64,000 nt of DNA from Selaginella moellendorffii (taxonomy: Eukaryota > Plantae > Lycopodiophyta). Positions 47,601 to 60,817 of the stretch are shown here, piece by piece; the stretch's first letter is position 1, and each line of letters begins with the position of its first letter. The position numbers were made by a program, and so were the translations under genes. Under the pieces are notes generated by a model, which had not been told where the DNA came from, did no database searches, and saw nothing but the letters and a program-made list of their open reading frames with translations. The stretch is from assembly GCF_000143415.4 (NCBI RefSeq), contig NW_003314299.1, forward strand, positions 184,069 to 248,068. Direction: 5' to 3'.

Positions 47601-50600
47601 TTGGAACAGGTCGATCTCAGCCAAAGGTTTGAGATCGGGGTAGGCTTTGAGGATTTGTTGTTCTTCATAGTTGTTGAGGCCATCTTCGAGATTATATTCT
47701 TCCAAGTCAATAGGTCGGTTGTGGCTGGATAGTGATTTGGTCGCTTTTGTTGACACAGTTGTCTGTCTGTCTGGCCCTTGAAGGATAAGATTGTTGTTGG
47801 GCCAGTCTTGATAAACTTGGGCAGTTCGGGGCCAAGGTCGACCGAGGAGAATTGAGTATCTATCAGTCTGCTCCGGTAGTTTGAGGATGACATAGTTGAC
47901 TGGTATTTCAACGCCTTGTGGTGGTGTTGACTTTTCGGATGATGCCTTTGGGTTAAACAGATCGGTGGTCAGCCATTCGGACATTGAAAGGTGCCGGGTG
48001 GACTGGGCCGATGTTGAGTTTTTGAACAAGACTTTCTTCAATATTATTGATGCTGGAGCTGCCGTCAATTATGGCTCTGCGAACAAGGTGTTTGTTGAGT
48101 CGTAGGTCGATTGTTGGAACATCATTGTTGCAATTGCTTGGTTGAATCTTGGTTTGAAATGTGTCGACAAGTGTCCATGTCGGGTTGAGTTTGGGTGAGT
48201 CTGTTAGAGTGTTGGTCGGTGCAGATGTCAGATTGGTGAGCTGTTTGGTGAGGTAGGGTGCAATCTTTAGCAGTTGGCCAATGGTGATCTGAATATTTTG
48301 GTTAAGGATTGTCTCTGCTACTTCTTGTATTTCCTCAAAGTTTGTCAGATTGTGTGCCGGTGTCAGTGTCAATGTCAGACAATTTGTCTGTCGGTTTTCT
48401 GGTATTGAGTCTTGGCATTGTTGTCAAGCTGGTGATGGTTGAGCTTCATTGTCAGAGTCTAAAATCACTAATTCGGGTGGTTGTAGAGCAAGTTGCCATT
48501 GTATCTTGGTGGCTAACTTCTGCTTCTTTTTCCATTCCCAGAGTTTTGTCAGGCTCTCCAGGCCCTTCTCTTCACTGTCTTTGGAATCTCTGTTTGGTTG
48601 TTGTTGTTTTTCTGCTCGAATTTGTGCTTGGGTTTGTACTGCCATGACTTGAGGATCTGAGTTGTCATTGTTGGCATAAGGGAGTTCGTTGGTCTTGACC
48701 ATCCTTGTTGTTGGTTGCTGCTGGTTCTGATCTTGTTGTCGAGGAGGTGGCAGACCAAGTCTCGGCAGACCACCTTGGTTTTGAAGTCGAGGTTGCCATG
48801 GCCGGTTGTTGTAGTTGCCTTGGTAGCCCTGGTCTTGATAACCTTGGCCTTGGTATCTTTGGTTCTGGTATCTCGGGTATTGTTGGTATCCTTGGTTGTA
48901 GTTGTCTCGGTTTGCCGGGTAGTTCCAATTCGGCAGGTATTGTCGATCATTGTAGTTGTTGTTGTAGTCGTTGTTGTAGTTGTTGTTGTTGTTGTTGTTG
49001 TAGTTGTTGTAGCAAGGTTGATCATTCCATTGTCAACTCTGTTGTTGGAAGTTGTTTCTTGGTGGTCTCCAGTTTGTTGGAGGTGGTGCCAGGTAGTTGT
49101 CAAAGTATTGATTTGGATATGGTTGTTGAAACTGCTGTCAGGGATAGTTCGAGATTTGTTGAACTTCCGGAGAATTTTGAAATTTGCAAGGCTTGGCATC
49201 ATGACCTTCTTTGGCACAGATCTGGCATTTAGAGATTTGGAGTTTGCAGTCACTTGCCAAATGTCCTTCGTTCTTGCATTTAGTACACTAAATTCCAGAT
49301 TGAAATTCTTTGATGTTGGCCTTGGCCTTTCCCTTGAGATTGTAGATCGTTTTTCTGATTTTCTGAAGTTTTGACTTGGCGCTCTCTCTGAGTTCATCGT
49401 TGGAGTCGTCATTGGAACTGCTGTCAGAATCTGAGTCGTCAGTGTCATTGACTTGTGCTATCATTCTTTGAGCTTGAACATCTTGAAGGGCTTATGCTAG
49501 TTCTAGGTAAGTGGCAACGTTGATGTGTGTTGCCACCTCTCGGAGGGATCATTGGAGGCCTTGTATGTACCATTGGTAAAGTAAAGTTTCGGTGGCACTG
49601 TTGCCGCATTTACTGGCATGCTGAGGGAAGGTTTGAGTGTAGTCATCGATGGATTGACCAGACTTCTGCTTGAGTTTTTGGATCTTGTGAAGTCGTTGGC
49701 TTTGAGTGACGGCAAAGTTAGTGTAGGAGGAAGCTAGTGAATTGTTGTTGTTTTTTAGTGGACTCTCCTCTATTTGTTCTTCTGTGCTGGGACTCTTTTC
49801 GGGTGTGTCGTTGACGTCGTCATTAGCGTCGGGTTGCTTGCCGGTGTGGATTTCTGGAAGATGCTGCTCGAACTTGTTGTCGACATACTTGTCAGAGTTA
49901 TGTTGTGTTGGTTGTGGTTGTTCTTCTAAATTGTCAAAGAGTTCTTCGAGCATATAGTTGTGTGATGATTGTGGTTGCTGTTGAAGATTGTTGTCGTCAA
50001 CGATTGTTTCATTGACCTCATTGATGTTGGATGATTGTAGCTGTTCATCAGTGCGGTGTGAGTTTTTGACTTCTTCGTCGAGTGCTTGACTATTGGACGA
50101 TTCGGGTTGTTCGTCTTCACCACTGTTGACACGGTATATTGGAGTGCGACTGTAGTGGGTGAAGTTGAGTTGTTGTCTTGTCGGCGCATTGAAGTCAAAA
50201 GCGTGTTCGAAAGGTCTTGCTGATAGCGGGCTTCGGTAGATGTTGGATGCAAATTTCGGACATATCAGTGCTGTGAAGATCGGTCAATATGGCGAAAATG
50301 GTGCCGGTCTGGTGAAGTCTGTGAAGCTGGGCGGGAAACTCAATTGTTCGTCATCACTGAAGATGGGGTTGGTGAATGTACCTTTGAAGTGGTTGTATGC
50401 TGCTTGAAAAATGTTTTGTTGCTCGGGCGTAGTTTGTGTCGACTGCTCGAATGTTTGGGCGGGCTCGGGCACTTTGGTGGGTGTTGTCGAGGGTGCTGTT
50501 GGTGGTGTGCCCTGTGGAGTCGTCGTATTCTTTGCAAATGTCTGAGACTGGTTCATCGGAGTTAGCTCACGGTAACAATTTGTGTTGGATGTAACTCTTT
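44646..50600 (-). pseudogene. Gypsy gag-pol remnants
   Basis: Integrase (HAGPSGGH, CDTCQ, WGLDFVGP, YYPQNNGQAE; 44646-45875), RNase H (~46000-46400), RT (MPFGLCNAP, FMDD; 46265-47335), protease (RAIIDGSS; 47953-48372) and gag zinc knuckles (~49190-49300) with an (AAC)n tract at ~48950-49010. Confidence 0.92.
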
Positions 50601-51202
50601 CTCTTGGAGGGTCTGATAACTTGATTCAACTTCTCTTGGTCTTTCTTTCTCTTTGTTTCTAAATTCTTCAAAAATCTCTATCTAAGCCGTTGTCGGTCTT
50701 CTTCCAACTTGCTAGATGTTCTTGGTTTTGGATACATGCATTCTTCTACTTGTTGTCAGTATCAGACTCGCATCTGCAGTCGGTCATGCAGTTCTGGCAG
50801 AACCTCGGTAAGAATGTCAGCAGGCTGATTGTCAATAAAGTCATTAGGAATCCGGTAATGACAGATCTGGTCGACTTGTTCCTTGAGCTTGTTCTTTGTT
50901 TTTGGTGCAAATGTCGATGTTGGTGCATGTTGGGTTAGGTTGTGTTGGGTTGTGGTTAGTCAAGTTGTGTTGGGTCAAGTTGGCTGGCACAGTATGTAGA
51001 CTGGTCGTCCACTTGCTGGTGCCAAGATGGAGTTCGATGAAGAGTTTGGGATACTCAGGTTTGTCTGGAATGATTTCTTTGATAATGTCATCGAGTTGTT
51101 CGAGTCTAGATCGGGTGATGGCGTGATTGGCGAGAGTTGTTGCGGCAAACGTGTTGACTTCAAACCGAGTTCAGACTGTCATTTTGGTGCTGACCTATTG
51201 AC

Positions 51203-51876
51203 TGTAGTGCATGTGATCATGGGATGAGATTTGGATATACTGTCACCGTGGATCCTTGGAACCTTGGGGGATAAATGGGGATAAAATAGCCACTAAGGGC
51301 TCTCTCATCAAGCAATTGCCCCTTTTCCAGTTAGCTTAAGGGGAGAGAGATAAGGTGCGCTACAGTTGGTATCAGAGAAAATGACACGGGTTCGATTCCC
51401 ATTGATTAGTGGCTACTTAAAAAATATAACATACCCTTGAGCAAGGTATATTCCTACCCCTAAACTTGAAATCGTACGTATTGGGCATCCATGCGTACGT
51501 CCTTCCTTTTGTGTGGAGTATCCACTGACAAAGGTATCCACTGTGGGACTGCGGTACGGGTGGATGACTAGTTGCCTCACATGGAATAGCTGGTCTACAC
51601 AATGGAAGGATTGGTAGATTGAGTGCGGAAATGGAGGTGCTGGTTCCCCTTGGCTCAGTTGGGGTTGTTAGTCAATAGTTAATGAGGACATTGACATCTC
51701 TGAAGGGGGGGTGAGTGTAGCACATGTGATCATGGGATGAGATTTGGATATACTGTCACCGTGGATCTTTGGAACCTTGAGGGATAAATGGGGATAAAAT
51801 AGCAAAAAAGGCTCTCTCATCAAGCAATTGCCCCTTTTCCAGTTAGCTTAAGGGGAGAGAGATAAGGTGTGCTACA
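51203..51876 (+). mobile_element. TRIM (terminal-repeat retrotransposon in miniature)
   Basis: LTRs at 51203-51364 and 51716-51876 (TGTAG...CTACA), PBS TGGTATCAGAG at 51367-51377, PPT GAAGGGGGGG, TSD TTGAC/CTGAC, and a ~350-bp non-coding interior. Confidence 0.92.
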
Positions 51877-52634
51877 CTGACTCTATCGGAGGGGTTGTTG
51901 AAAAATCCATGGTGCATTGTCAAGTTGTCCCTCGACAAGTTCTCCGATACTAGGTAACAGAGTGATGGGTTCATCGTTGGTGTAGGTTCTCAGGATGTGC
52001 TTTCGGTATTGGGAGTGGGTGCGGGAACTGGAACCGTGTTGGAGTGCTAGGATTGTCGGGTCAACGACTGCTCGGAAGGGGGGTCTGTTTCAGCAGTGGT
52101 GTCGGTTCATGTCGAGCGTGCTGGTTGAGGTCTCGAGCTTGGAGTGTGTGGCCTTGTGCTCGAAGATGGAGTTTGCCAATGAAGTTGCCGAGGGTGTCCG
52201 TTGATGAAGGTGCTGGTCGATTGGAGTTTCTTGTCAAAGAGGGTTGTTGGTGTTCTTTGTTGGTGATTGGACTCGGAGATCTTGAGAGAGAGCTGTCAGA
52301 TTCTTCAAAGATCTCCTCTGGGAAGTGTTTGCATCTATTGCGTTGGGCAGCGACCGCTTGGACGCTATTGATCCATGTTGGTGGTGGCATTTGCTTGTTG
52401 AATTTTGGTAAGGTGGGTAGATTTCATAATCTTTTTTGCTATTTGTGCACAAAGAATGGAGAAAGAATTGAAGAATTTGTGAACTTGAAGGGGAATTCAG
52501 AAGTCATGGTCACCAAATGAAGAGGCGTGGATACTCCTCTTCACTGGATATCTATTGCTAGTGAGAAAACAAAAGGGAAAAGGGCTCAATCTCTAGGGTC
52601 TGAGAAAGAAAGATGAGTGAATGAATGTTGTGTA

Positions 52635-53932
52635 TGTAAGGAACCAACTCCCTGAGGTGTTGTAGGCTAAAGGATCCCCAAAAGCATGACCAAAATGACA
52701 AAGAGTTCATCGAATGCCTTAGGTGGGGGTGAACATGGACTCGGGTGGTGCTGAAGTGGCTACCCAAGGAAGTGCTCAAGAGCAACTCCCACTCTTGAAA
52801 GGGAAACCGACTATGGTGCTCTCGGCTCATGTGGAGTGGTGCCCCATTTAAGTACTTTGTGGCTCATTGGTCCTCACCCTTCCTAGGGGCTTGGACCTTC
52901 CCTTCGGGATGGAAGTGGGGGGTAAAGGTACCCATACCAGGCCGTTAGGCCACGGTGTTTCGCCCCGGTGTCCCAAAGCAAGTGTTGCACCCAGGACTTA
53001 GGATTTAAAGGGTCCCATGATCAAGTCTTGTTGTACCAAAGGATGTTAGGAACCTAGAGGCTTGGTATCCTTGGCTGTTTGTGCCTACGGGGAGTGTAAT
53101 CAAACCTTAAGTCCAGTCTAACCCAAGAAGGGGGATTGGGAAAGATTTGGGAATCCGTGGATGGATGGCTAACGCTCTGTTGCTCGTGCAGTGAGTAGTT
53201 GAAAGTAAGTAGGACCAAGTAGGAGTTGGTACAATAAGCGAGAACCTTGGCGATGAAATTTAGCAAAAGCCAAGGCAGTGTTAGTCGGATAGACGAGGTA
53301 AGTTAGCAAATTGGAAAGGAAAAATTTGTGGCTTACAATTTGGTATCGGAACCTTTTCCTCAGTTCTAGCAAAGGATAGAGGCGGATTGTTGGAAGATGG
53401 CAAAGGCAAGGCATAAATGAACCAAAGCAGAGACGGAACTTCCTCTAGAGCTAGAGCCTCCGGTCGAACAAGAGGCTATGGATGAAAAATCCTTGCATGA
53501 GGAGGACTCCAGTGAGGAAACTTCCAAACAGGAGTCCAGTGGCGAGGTTCGGTCGTCCAAGGCTCAAATGGATGTTCTAGAAGGACAATTGACACAGACC
53601 AATGCCCTGCTAGAGACTCTCACACACAAGCTAAAACATGACGAGAAGCGGAAGAAAAAGCGAAAGACTGCGGATGCTGGTAGTGCAAAAGGTGCGGACC
53701 CTTCGGTAGGGACTGAGGCAGAACCAAACAAAGTCGAACAGACCGAAGTGGAATCAATCCCTCAAACAGTTCCAAAGTACAAACTAAAGCCCCCACCAGT
53801 CTTCAAGGGAGTGAATGATTATAAGGTGGTGGAAGATTGGTTTTACGATATGGAGGACTACTTCCAAGAGTTGCGGTTACCGAGATCAGAGAAGGTCCCA
53901 TGTGCAAAACCATATTTGGCAGATAATGCCAA
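52635..53932 (+). mobile_element. LTR retrotransposon 5' end (703-bp LTR, PBS, gag start) interrupted by a LARD
   Basis: LTR TGTAAG...CTTACA at 52635-53337 and PBS TGGTATCGGA at 53341. The gag (KLKPPPVFKG...VEDWFYDMEDYF...AKPYLADNA) is cut at 53933. Confidence 0.85.
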
Positions 53933-55491
53933 TGTGAGACACAAAATCCCTAGGCCCCAAAGTGGAGCCGAAAGGGCGCCACGTGGTAGTGGCTGAAGCG
54001 AAAGCCAAATGAGCGTAACACGTTTGGACTAAAAGCTCTGACTTGAAAAGGTCGAGAGTGGGAGTGGAACTCCCAACGAAGTGCACGAGGAACAAGCACG
54101 AAGCGAGCCATGAGTGAGTCTTTAGAAAAAAGGACCAAAACATGACACGTAGAAATGTCCAAGATGGAGTCCGAGATGGAGTCCGAGATGGAGTCCGAGG
54201 TGGAGTCCAAGGTGGAGTCCGAGGTGGACCCAAGATGGACCCAAGATGGACCCGAGATTGAGTCTGAGATGGAGTCCGAGATGGACCCGAGATAGAGTCT
54301 GAGATGGAGTCCGAGATGGAGCCGATGGACCCGAGATGGATTCCGAAATGCAGTGGAGCTAGTTTGGCCAGGAAAGGCCAGTTTGGCCAGGAAAGGCCAG
54401 TTTGGCCTAGGAAGGTTGTACCCAGTGTTGGGTGATGAGCTGCCCATTGGAAAGTCCAAGACTAAAGTGAACACGGACCGACAAGTGGGGTAGCTCAGTG
54501 AAGTGTTTAAGAGCCAACTCTAGTTCCCCCGGGAGATCGACTAGTCGATGTTCCCAGTCCAAGTGTGGGTGGCACTACCTACTTGGATACCTGGCGTGGC
54601 TCAACGGAACCTCGCTCTAAGCCCATGGCTAGAGCACCAAAAAGCAGAAGTCGGGGAGAGTACCCATGAGGCTCGCGTAAGGCCATGGTGTTCTGAAATG
54701 TTGTCCCAAAGTCCCAGACAGTAAAAAGCAAGAGGAGCAATCCTCTAGTGCAGTGACCAAGGATATAGTCATATGCTGAGGACGTCCCAAAGGACAGTGG
54801 CACTTAAAGGTCAGGCCTGCGGGCCTCGATCTAGTGGTAGTGTTGGCAAACACAGCCATGGACAAGAAGGGACTTGGTGGGGACCGGAAAAGAGATGTTA
54901 AGGAAGGCTATTTTCCATGTCTGTGGGCATCCTAAGGATGCTAAGGAGTGGATCTAGGATGATCACTCATGGACGGATAGCCCAGTCTTTGAGAGACGGG
55001 ACTGTGATGTAGGTGGTGTCAGGCCACCAGTGTGACCAAGGTGAATGGGCATGGCCTTAGCGTAACAGGCTGTTATGTCGATGGTACCTTGGGGTGTCGG
55101 TCTTGGGACCGGACACGTGGAGCACTTGGACCAAGTGCAATGGTTGAGGGGCATGGATGCCATTCTTGGGGCTAGCAAGTCCCTAAGTCCAAAATAGGAT
55201 TTATGGAGGTGGTGAATGAGACTCCTCCAAATGGTCGGAGGTGCAATTAAGTGACTAAAGTAGAATGGAAAATTTAGTCGCTTACAATTTGGTATCGGAG
55301 CCAAGTTCCTTAATCCAACTCTTATTGGTGGCCAAGTATATCACCACTTGTATTGGAATTCGAAAGTACTAGGTATGGACCTATCCTCTAGGTGTAGCAG
55401 GACATGGCTCTCCACTTGAGTTCATGCGTGAACTTGTGCACGATGTGGTGGAGGGAAAAGGGCCAGTAAGGGAACAGCTTTGGGATCTTGG
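53933..55491 (+). mobile_element. LARD copy E: LTR, PBS and start of internal region
   Basis: LTR at 53933-55286 and PBS at 55290-55301. The internal region is interrupted at 55492 by another copy. Confidence 0.88.
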
Positions 55492-58400
55492 TGTGAGACA
55501 CAAAATCCCTAGGCCCCAAAGTGGAGCCAGAAAGGGTGCCATGTGGTAGTGGCCGAAGCGAAAGCCAAACAAGCATAACACGTTTGGACTAAAAGCTCCG
55601 ACTTGGAAGGTCGAGAGTGGGAGTGGAACTCCCAACAAAGTGCTTGAGGAGCAAGCACGAGGCAACCAATAAGCAAGGCTCCAAAAAGGGACCCAAAAAG
55701 GACCAACACATGACATGTGGAAGTGTCCGAGATGGAGTCCGAGGCGGACCCGAGTTGGAGTCTGATATGGACCCGAAGTAGAGTCCGAGATGGACCCGAA
55801 GTAGAGTCCGAGATGGACCTGAAGTGGAGTCCGATATGGAGTCCGAAGTGGAGTCCGAGATGGACCCGAAGTGGAGTCTGATATGGAGTCCGAGATGGAC
55901 CCGAAGTGGAGTCCGATATGGAGTCCGAGATGGAGTCCGAGATGGACCCGAAGTGGAGTCCGATATGGAGTCCGAGATGGAGTCTGAGATGAACCTGAGA
56001 TGGAGTCTGAGATGGTGTCCGAGATGGACCCGAGATGGAGTCCAAGATGGAGTCCGAGATGGAGTCCGAGATGGAGTCCAAGATGGACCCGAGATGGAGT
56101 CCGAGATGGAGTCCGAGATGGAACCGAGACCGAGGTCGAGACCGAGACCGAAACCGAGACCGAGACCGAGTCCAAGTCCGAAACCGGGACCGAGACCGAG
56201 TCCGAGTCCGAGTTCAAGCCCGAGTCCGAGTTCGAATACTAATACAGGTAGTTGGGTGAAAGCCCAAAGCGATCGTCCCCCAGAGGGGGGGGGGGGCTGC
56301 GGGGGGTTCCAAAAGTATAGTAGGGAGAGTGTGGGGGTTGGAGCCCAGTGGAGCCAGTTTGGCCAGGAAAGGCCAGTTTGGCCCAGGAAGGCCAGACCCA
56401 GTGTTGGGTGATGAGCTGACCACTGGGAAGTCCAAGACTAGAGTGAATACAGACCGACAAGCGGGGTAGCTTGGTGAAGTGTTCAAGAGCCGGCTCTAGT
56501 TCCCCCGGGAGATCGACTAGCCGATGCTCCCAGTCCAAGTGTGGGTGGCACTACCTACTTGGATACTAGGCGTGGCTCAATGGAACCTCGCTCTAAGCCC
56601 ATGGCTAGAGCACCCAAGGGCGGAAGGCGGGGAGAGTACGCAGGTGGCTCACGTAAGGCCACGGTGTTCCGAAATATTGTCCCAAAGGCCCAGACTGTGG
56701 AAAGGAAGAGGAGCAGTCCTCTGGGGTAGTGACCAAGGACACAGTCGTGGGGTGAGGAAGTCCTAGAGGACCGTGGGACTTAATGGTTGGGCCTGTGGGC
56801 CTCGATCCAGTGGCAGTGTTGGCAAACACGGCCAGGGGCAGAAAGGGACTTAGTGGGGACTGACAGAGGGATATTGGGGAAGGCTATTCCCCTTGTCGGT
56901 GGGCATCCTAAGGATGCTAAGGAGTGGATCTGAGATGACCACTCACGGATGGTTTGCCTAGTCTTGGAGAGCCAAGACTGTGATACAAGTGGTATTGGAC
57001 TACCAGTGTGGCAAAGGTGATTGGGCATGGCCTTAGCGTAATAGGCTGCCATGTCGGTGGTACTTTTGAGTGTCGGTCATGGGATCGGACACGTGGGGCA
57101 CTTGGACGAAGTGCAAATGTTGAGTGGCATGGATGCCATTCTCGGGGCTAGCAAGTCCCAAGTCCTGAAATGGACTTATGGAGGTTGTGATTGAGACTCC
57201 TCCAAGTGGTCGGAGGTGTGGTTAAGTGACTAAAGTAGAATGGAAAATTTAGTCGCTTACAATTTGGTATCGAAGCTGTTCCTTAGTCCGACTTTTATTG
57301 GTGCTCAAGTATATCACCATTGATATTGGCATTGGAAGGTCCTAGGAGTGGGCTTATCCTTGAGGAGTAGCATGCTGAGAGGACATGGCTCTCCACTCAA
57401 GTTCATGCGTGACTTGGGTGCGATGTGGTGGATAGAAAAGGGGCCGGTAAGGGAACGACTTTGGGATCTTATGAACAGTATATGGTTTTCCTCAGAGAGT
57501 TGAGGATGTGATCCAGATGAGCGTTTGACTCAGTAAATGGCCAATGTAGTTGTGGTAAACAACTAAAGTTGGGATCACAGGAAAGATAAAGACTCCAAAG
57601 CAATAAGGGAGTCATAAGATTATCCTCATGTAGTTGAAGTTGATGCTCATGAATGTGAGACCAGAAGTAATGACCGTGGGAGGTCAAATATAGAAGAGGA
57701 CTCAAGTCCTTGAAATGGTAGCCGAGGCTACCTTTAATAAATGTTGGAACAACCCAAGGAGTTGGGGGGTGTACTTAGAGATGAGTTGGTATTCTCATCA
57801 CATGGACAAGTAGTCCTAAGGGGCAGAGGTTGCCCCAGAGAACAAAAACAAGTGTCAGAGTAACACTTGTGAAAATAGTCCTTCTGAGTAGGATAGGAAT
57901 GCAGGAAGTGTATTCCAGTGAGCTAGTGCCTCACAAGTGGGACCTTACGGGTCTGTGGATTAACCAAGTCCAAAACTGCTGGATGACTCAAGTAGAGTCA
58001 AGGAATGGTCCTAAAAGGACTAATGGAAGCATTTGGACTGAGGTGTGTTGTACCCCATGAAGGATGGGGGGGGGATCATAGGATCCAAGGATGAGAATAG
58101 AGGGTATCTCATTGATGGCAAAATGTGCCATGCTAAAGTTGTGGGAAAGGTGTTCCCAAAAAGAAAACAACTTTGACACAAAGTTGTGTGTGACCTCTAT
58201 GGTGCAGTGCTAATAGATGGTTGGCATGAGAAAGAGCCTTGGCAAAGACTTAGACATAAAGAAGAAGTGTTATAGAGGTAGGCTCGTGAAGCCGATGGTG
58301 TGGAGACACCAAATGTGCCAAGGTGTGATACCTTGAGGCTATGTTAGTGGGTTCATGAGAACCCCTTGCAAAAGGAATCCCAATGGAAATGGGAATGGCA

Positions 58401-60817
58401 TAGCCTAAACGGCAGAGCATGCAGTTGGAGTGTGGTGACCCAGATAATAATGGAGGTGTGGAAGCACCAGCAATGAGTTGTAGGACTTGACAACTATGAG
58501 GCAACTAAGCAAGAAGTGCAAAATAATTGGTTAAACGGGTAGAAGGTAGCTACTCAAGCCTTCTTAATGGCATAGGGAAGTTGGACGTACCCTTACGGGG
58601 GATAAGTTGCTTATGTTGCGATATAGTAAGTCAATGTCATAAAAGGAAATACTCATTATCAAGGAAGCCATCATTGGGACACCCGAACACTCTAGAACAC
58701 TAGGAGGTGGTGTTTGATGTCGCGAGGGTAATAAATAAGGCCTAAGGGACTAAGTCCCTAGCGAATGATGGATAGAAGGTGCTATCCAAATGTCCAAAGG
58801 TGGCGGAGACAAGAGAAGACTGTTTACTCAAGTTGGACAAAGCCAAAAATGGATTTTGGCAAGGCTAGTGATGAGCATGTAAAGGCCCGTAAGCAACAAC
58901 GTAATCTCGTTGTGTGGGATTATAGGGTGAGCATACCTAGATTGAGGAACCACTCCCTAGGCTATCGGGTAGGTTCATCCCTAAGAATACTTGCTAAAGC
59001 ATGATAGAAAGTGCAAAGCTATCCTCCTGGTCTGGAGGAGAATGACCGAAGGAAAGGTGTGAAGCCAAAAGCGAGAAGTAAGGGGATAGAACCGAACCAT
59101 AGGAATTGAAGGGCATAACCAAGGTTGGTTATGCCAGCTGGGAGTGGAGAATCAAGTGGGGGCTCGAGGGTGTTGCCGCTAGCAACCGTGATGCCATAGA
59201 GAGTCTGAAATATGGAATTATCCATGTTAGACTATATAGTAATTGGAAAGCTTGCAAAAAGGGAGGCCTTAGCAAACTAAGGGACAGAGTTCCTTCAAGG
59301 TTCCCAAAAATGATTCTAGGTAGCTTAGTACCTAGAAAGGCCAAGCGTAAATGGTTCAAGGAACGCGCGAAATCAGAGTGGCGCAGCAGAAGCGTAGTCT
59401 TGAAGCTTGCCATGAGGCAAGGCTATCAAGGTTAGGGAAGAAGTTCCCGAGTGTTCAAAGAGAGGGCTTTGAACGAAAGTCGATGACCAAGGGCTTTCAC
59501 GTTTGTGCAGGAACCATGTTACAGTGGTCGGAGGACTTGCCAAAGCGAGATTGGTAAGTCAGGGGAACAAATACCCTAGTTGAAGGTGGTAACTTCAAAA
59601 AGGGTGGGCCATGGGGCCAAGCATAGAGGAGTCCATGCATGATCACAGACTTGTCAAGTGAAAGGACTTGGCAGTGTGGAGGAACTAGGTTCTTAAGCTG
59701 TGATCTATGGTGCGCTTTGAGTATAAGTTGGTGCACTGGCGTGGGGAGTCACGCCAGGCATCCTGGGTGATGCCGTCCGTAGATGCATATACGGAGGTTG
59801 GGTTCGAGTCCCGACCCTCTAGTGCTTGGGTTCGAGTCCCAACTCACTAAGGCGTGGTGATGGTTTGGAATATGAAGACACTCATTTTTCGGTGGTCATG
59901 GACTCTCAGTGTGGAGACTGGCTTGGGAACACTGCCAAGCGAGGGATGCCTCAGAGTCGTGATGCACGGTTAGATTGCTTAGTGTGGCTCAACATATCTA
60001 ACTTGAACACTTTGGTGCAAGTGGCACCAAGGACGTGGTGAATGAGATGGGGACACCCAGTCTCAGTTGCTATGGACCCTTGGCCGGAAGGGCTAGCTTG
60101 GGCGCACCGCCAAGTGTGGGGGATGCCCCCGGGGTCGTAGTTAATAAGTTAAAGGTCTGGAAGACCTAGTACCTATTGGCAAACCTGTTAAGGTGCCGAG
60201 GTGAGATCACTAGGTGATCTTGTGGCTAAATAAGGATAAGGTCCTTGTTTGGGCTAAGGAATAAGGTTCCTAGTTCAAAGTGTTGATTTGAACTATTGAT
60301 GATGGTGTGGCTTGGTCAAGGTGACCAAGTGGGAAAAGCAGCTTAGGGAAATGAGTTATGTCATTGCGATGGCATTGTGTGTCCAAGGAAAGTAGTCTCT
60401 AAAGAGACCCATGGGAGGGTCACAAAGTTGGGCCGTGGATAAAGCTCATAGCAGAAGATGCTAAAGAGATTTACTAAGGGTGAACACCCTAGTCTTGGCA
60501 AAGCAGAGCCTTTGCTATGGAATCAAAAGAATACCTCAAAGAGGGGGGTAGAGATTCGGTGTTGCTTGGTGCAACAATCAACGGATAGGAGCAAAAGATG
60601 AGTGGCCAAGATAGGGCTGTGGAATCCCTTGGAAGGAATCCAAGTGGAAAAGTTAGGCGAGGAACACTAATGTGTTAGATACTAACAAATTGGAGGAAAG
60701 GAAGTGTGTTTCCAAGGATGGATTCCAAATTGTTCCGATTTGGCGAAAGGGGAAGCTCCAAGGGAGGGAGCAGTAAGGTAGCCAAATGATAGGGCCATGA
60801 ACAGCCCTAGCACAAAG
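55492..60817 (+). mobile_element. LARD copy F: LTR and internal region, interrupted by transposon copy 2
   Basis: LTR at 55492-57261, then PBS. The internal region is colinear with 19104-~22660. Confidence 0.88.

Larger units (their letters stand above)
28177..52634 (-). mobile_element. Ty3/Gypsy non-chromovirus (Athila/Tat-like) element hosting nested insertions
   Basis: The 3' LTR (TGAA...TTCA) is 28177-28202 plus 42016-42148, split by the DNA transposon, with a PPT at 42151-42161. The 5' LTR starts at 52518 and is interrupted at 52635. The PBS is non-Met (TGGTGACCATGAC, ~52503-52515). gag-pol lies at 44646-~50600. Confidence 0.85.

Noticed and set aside
48549-49448. Poly-Thr / poly-Val / poly-Cys ORFs
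   Set aside because: They are alternative frames of the (AAC)n tract in gypsy gag.
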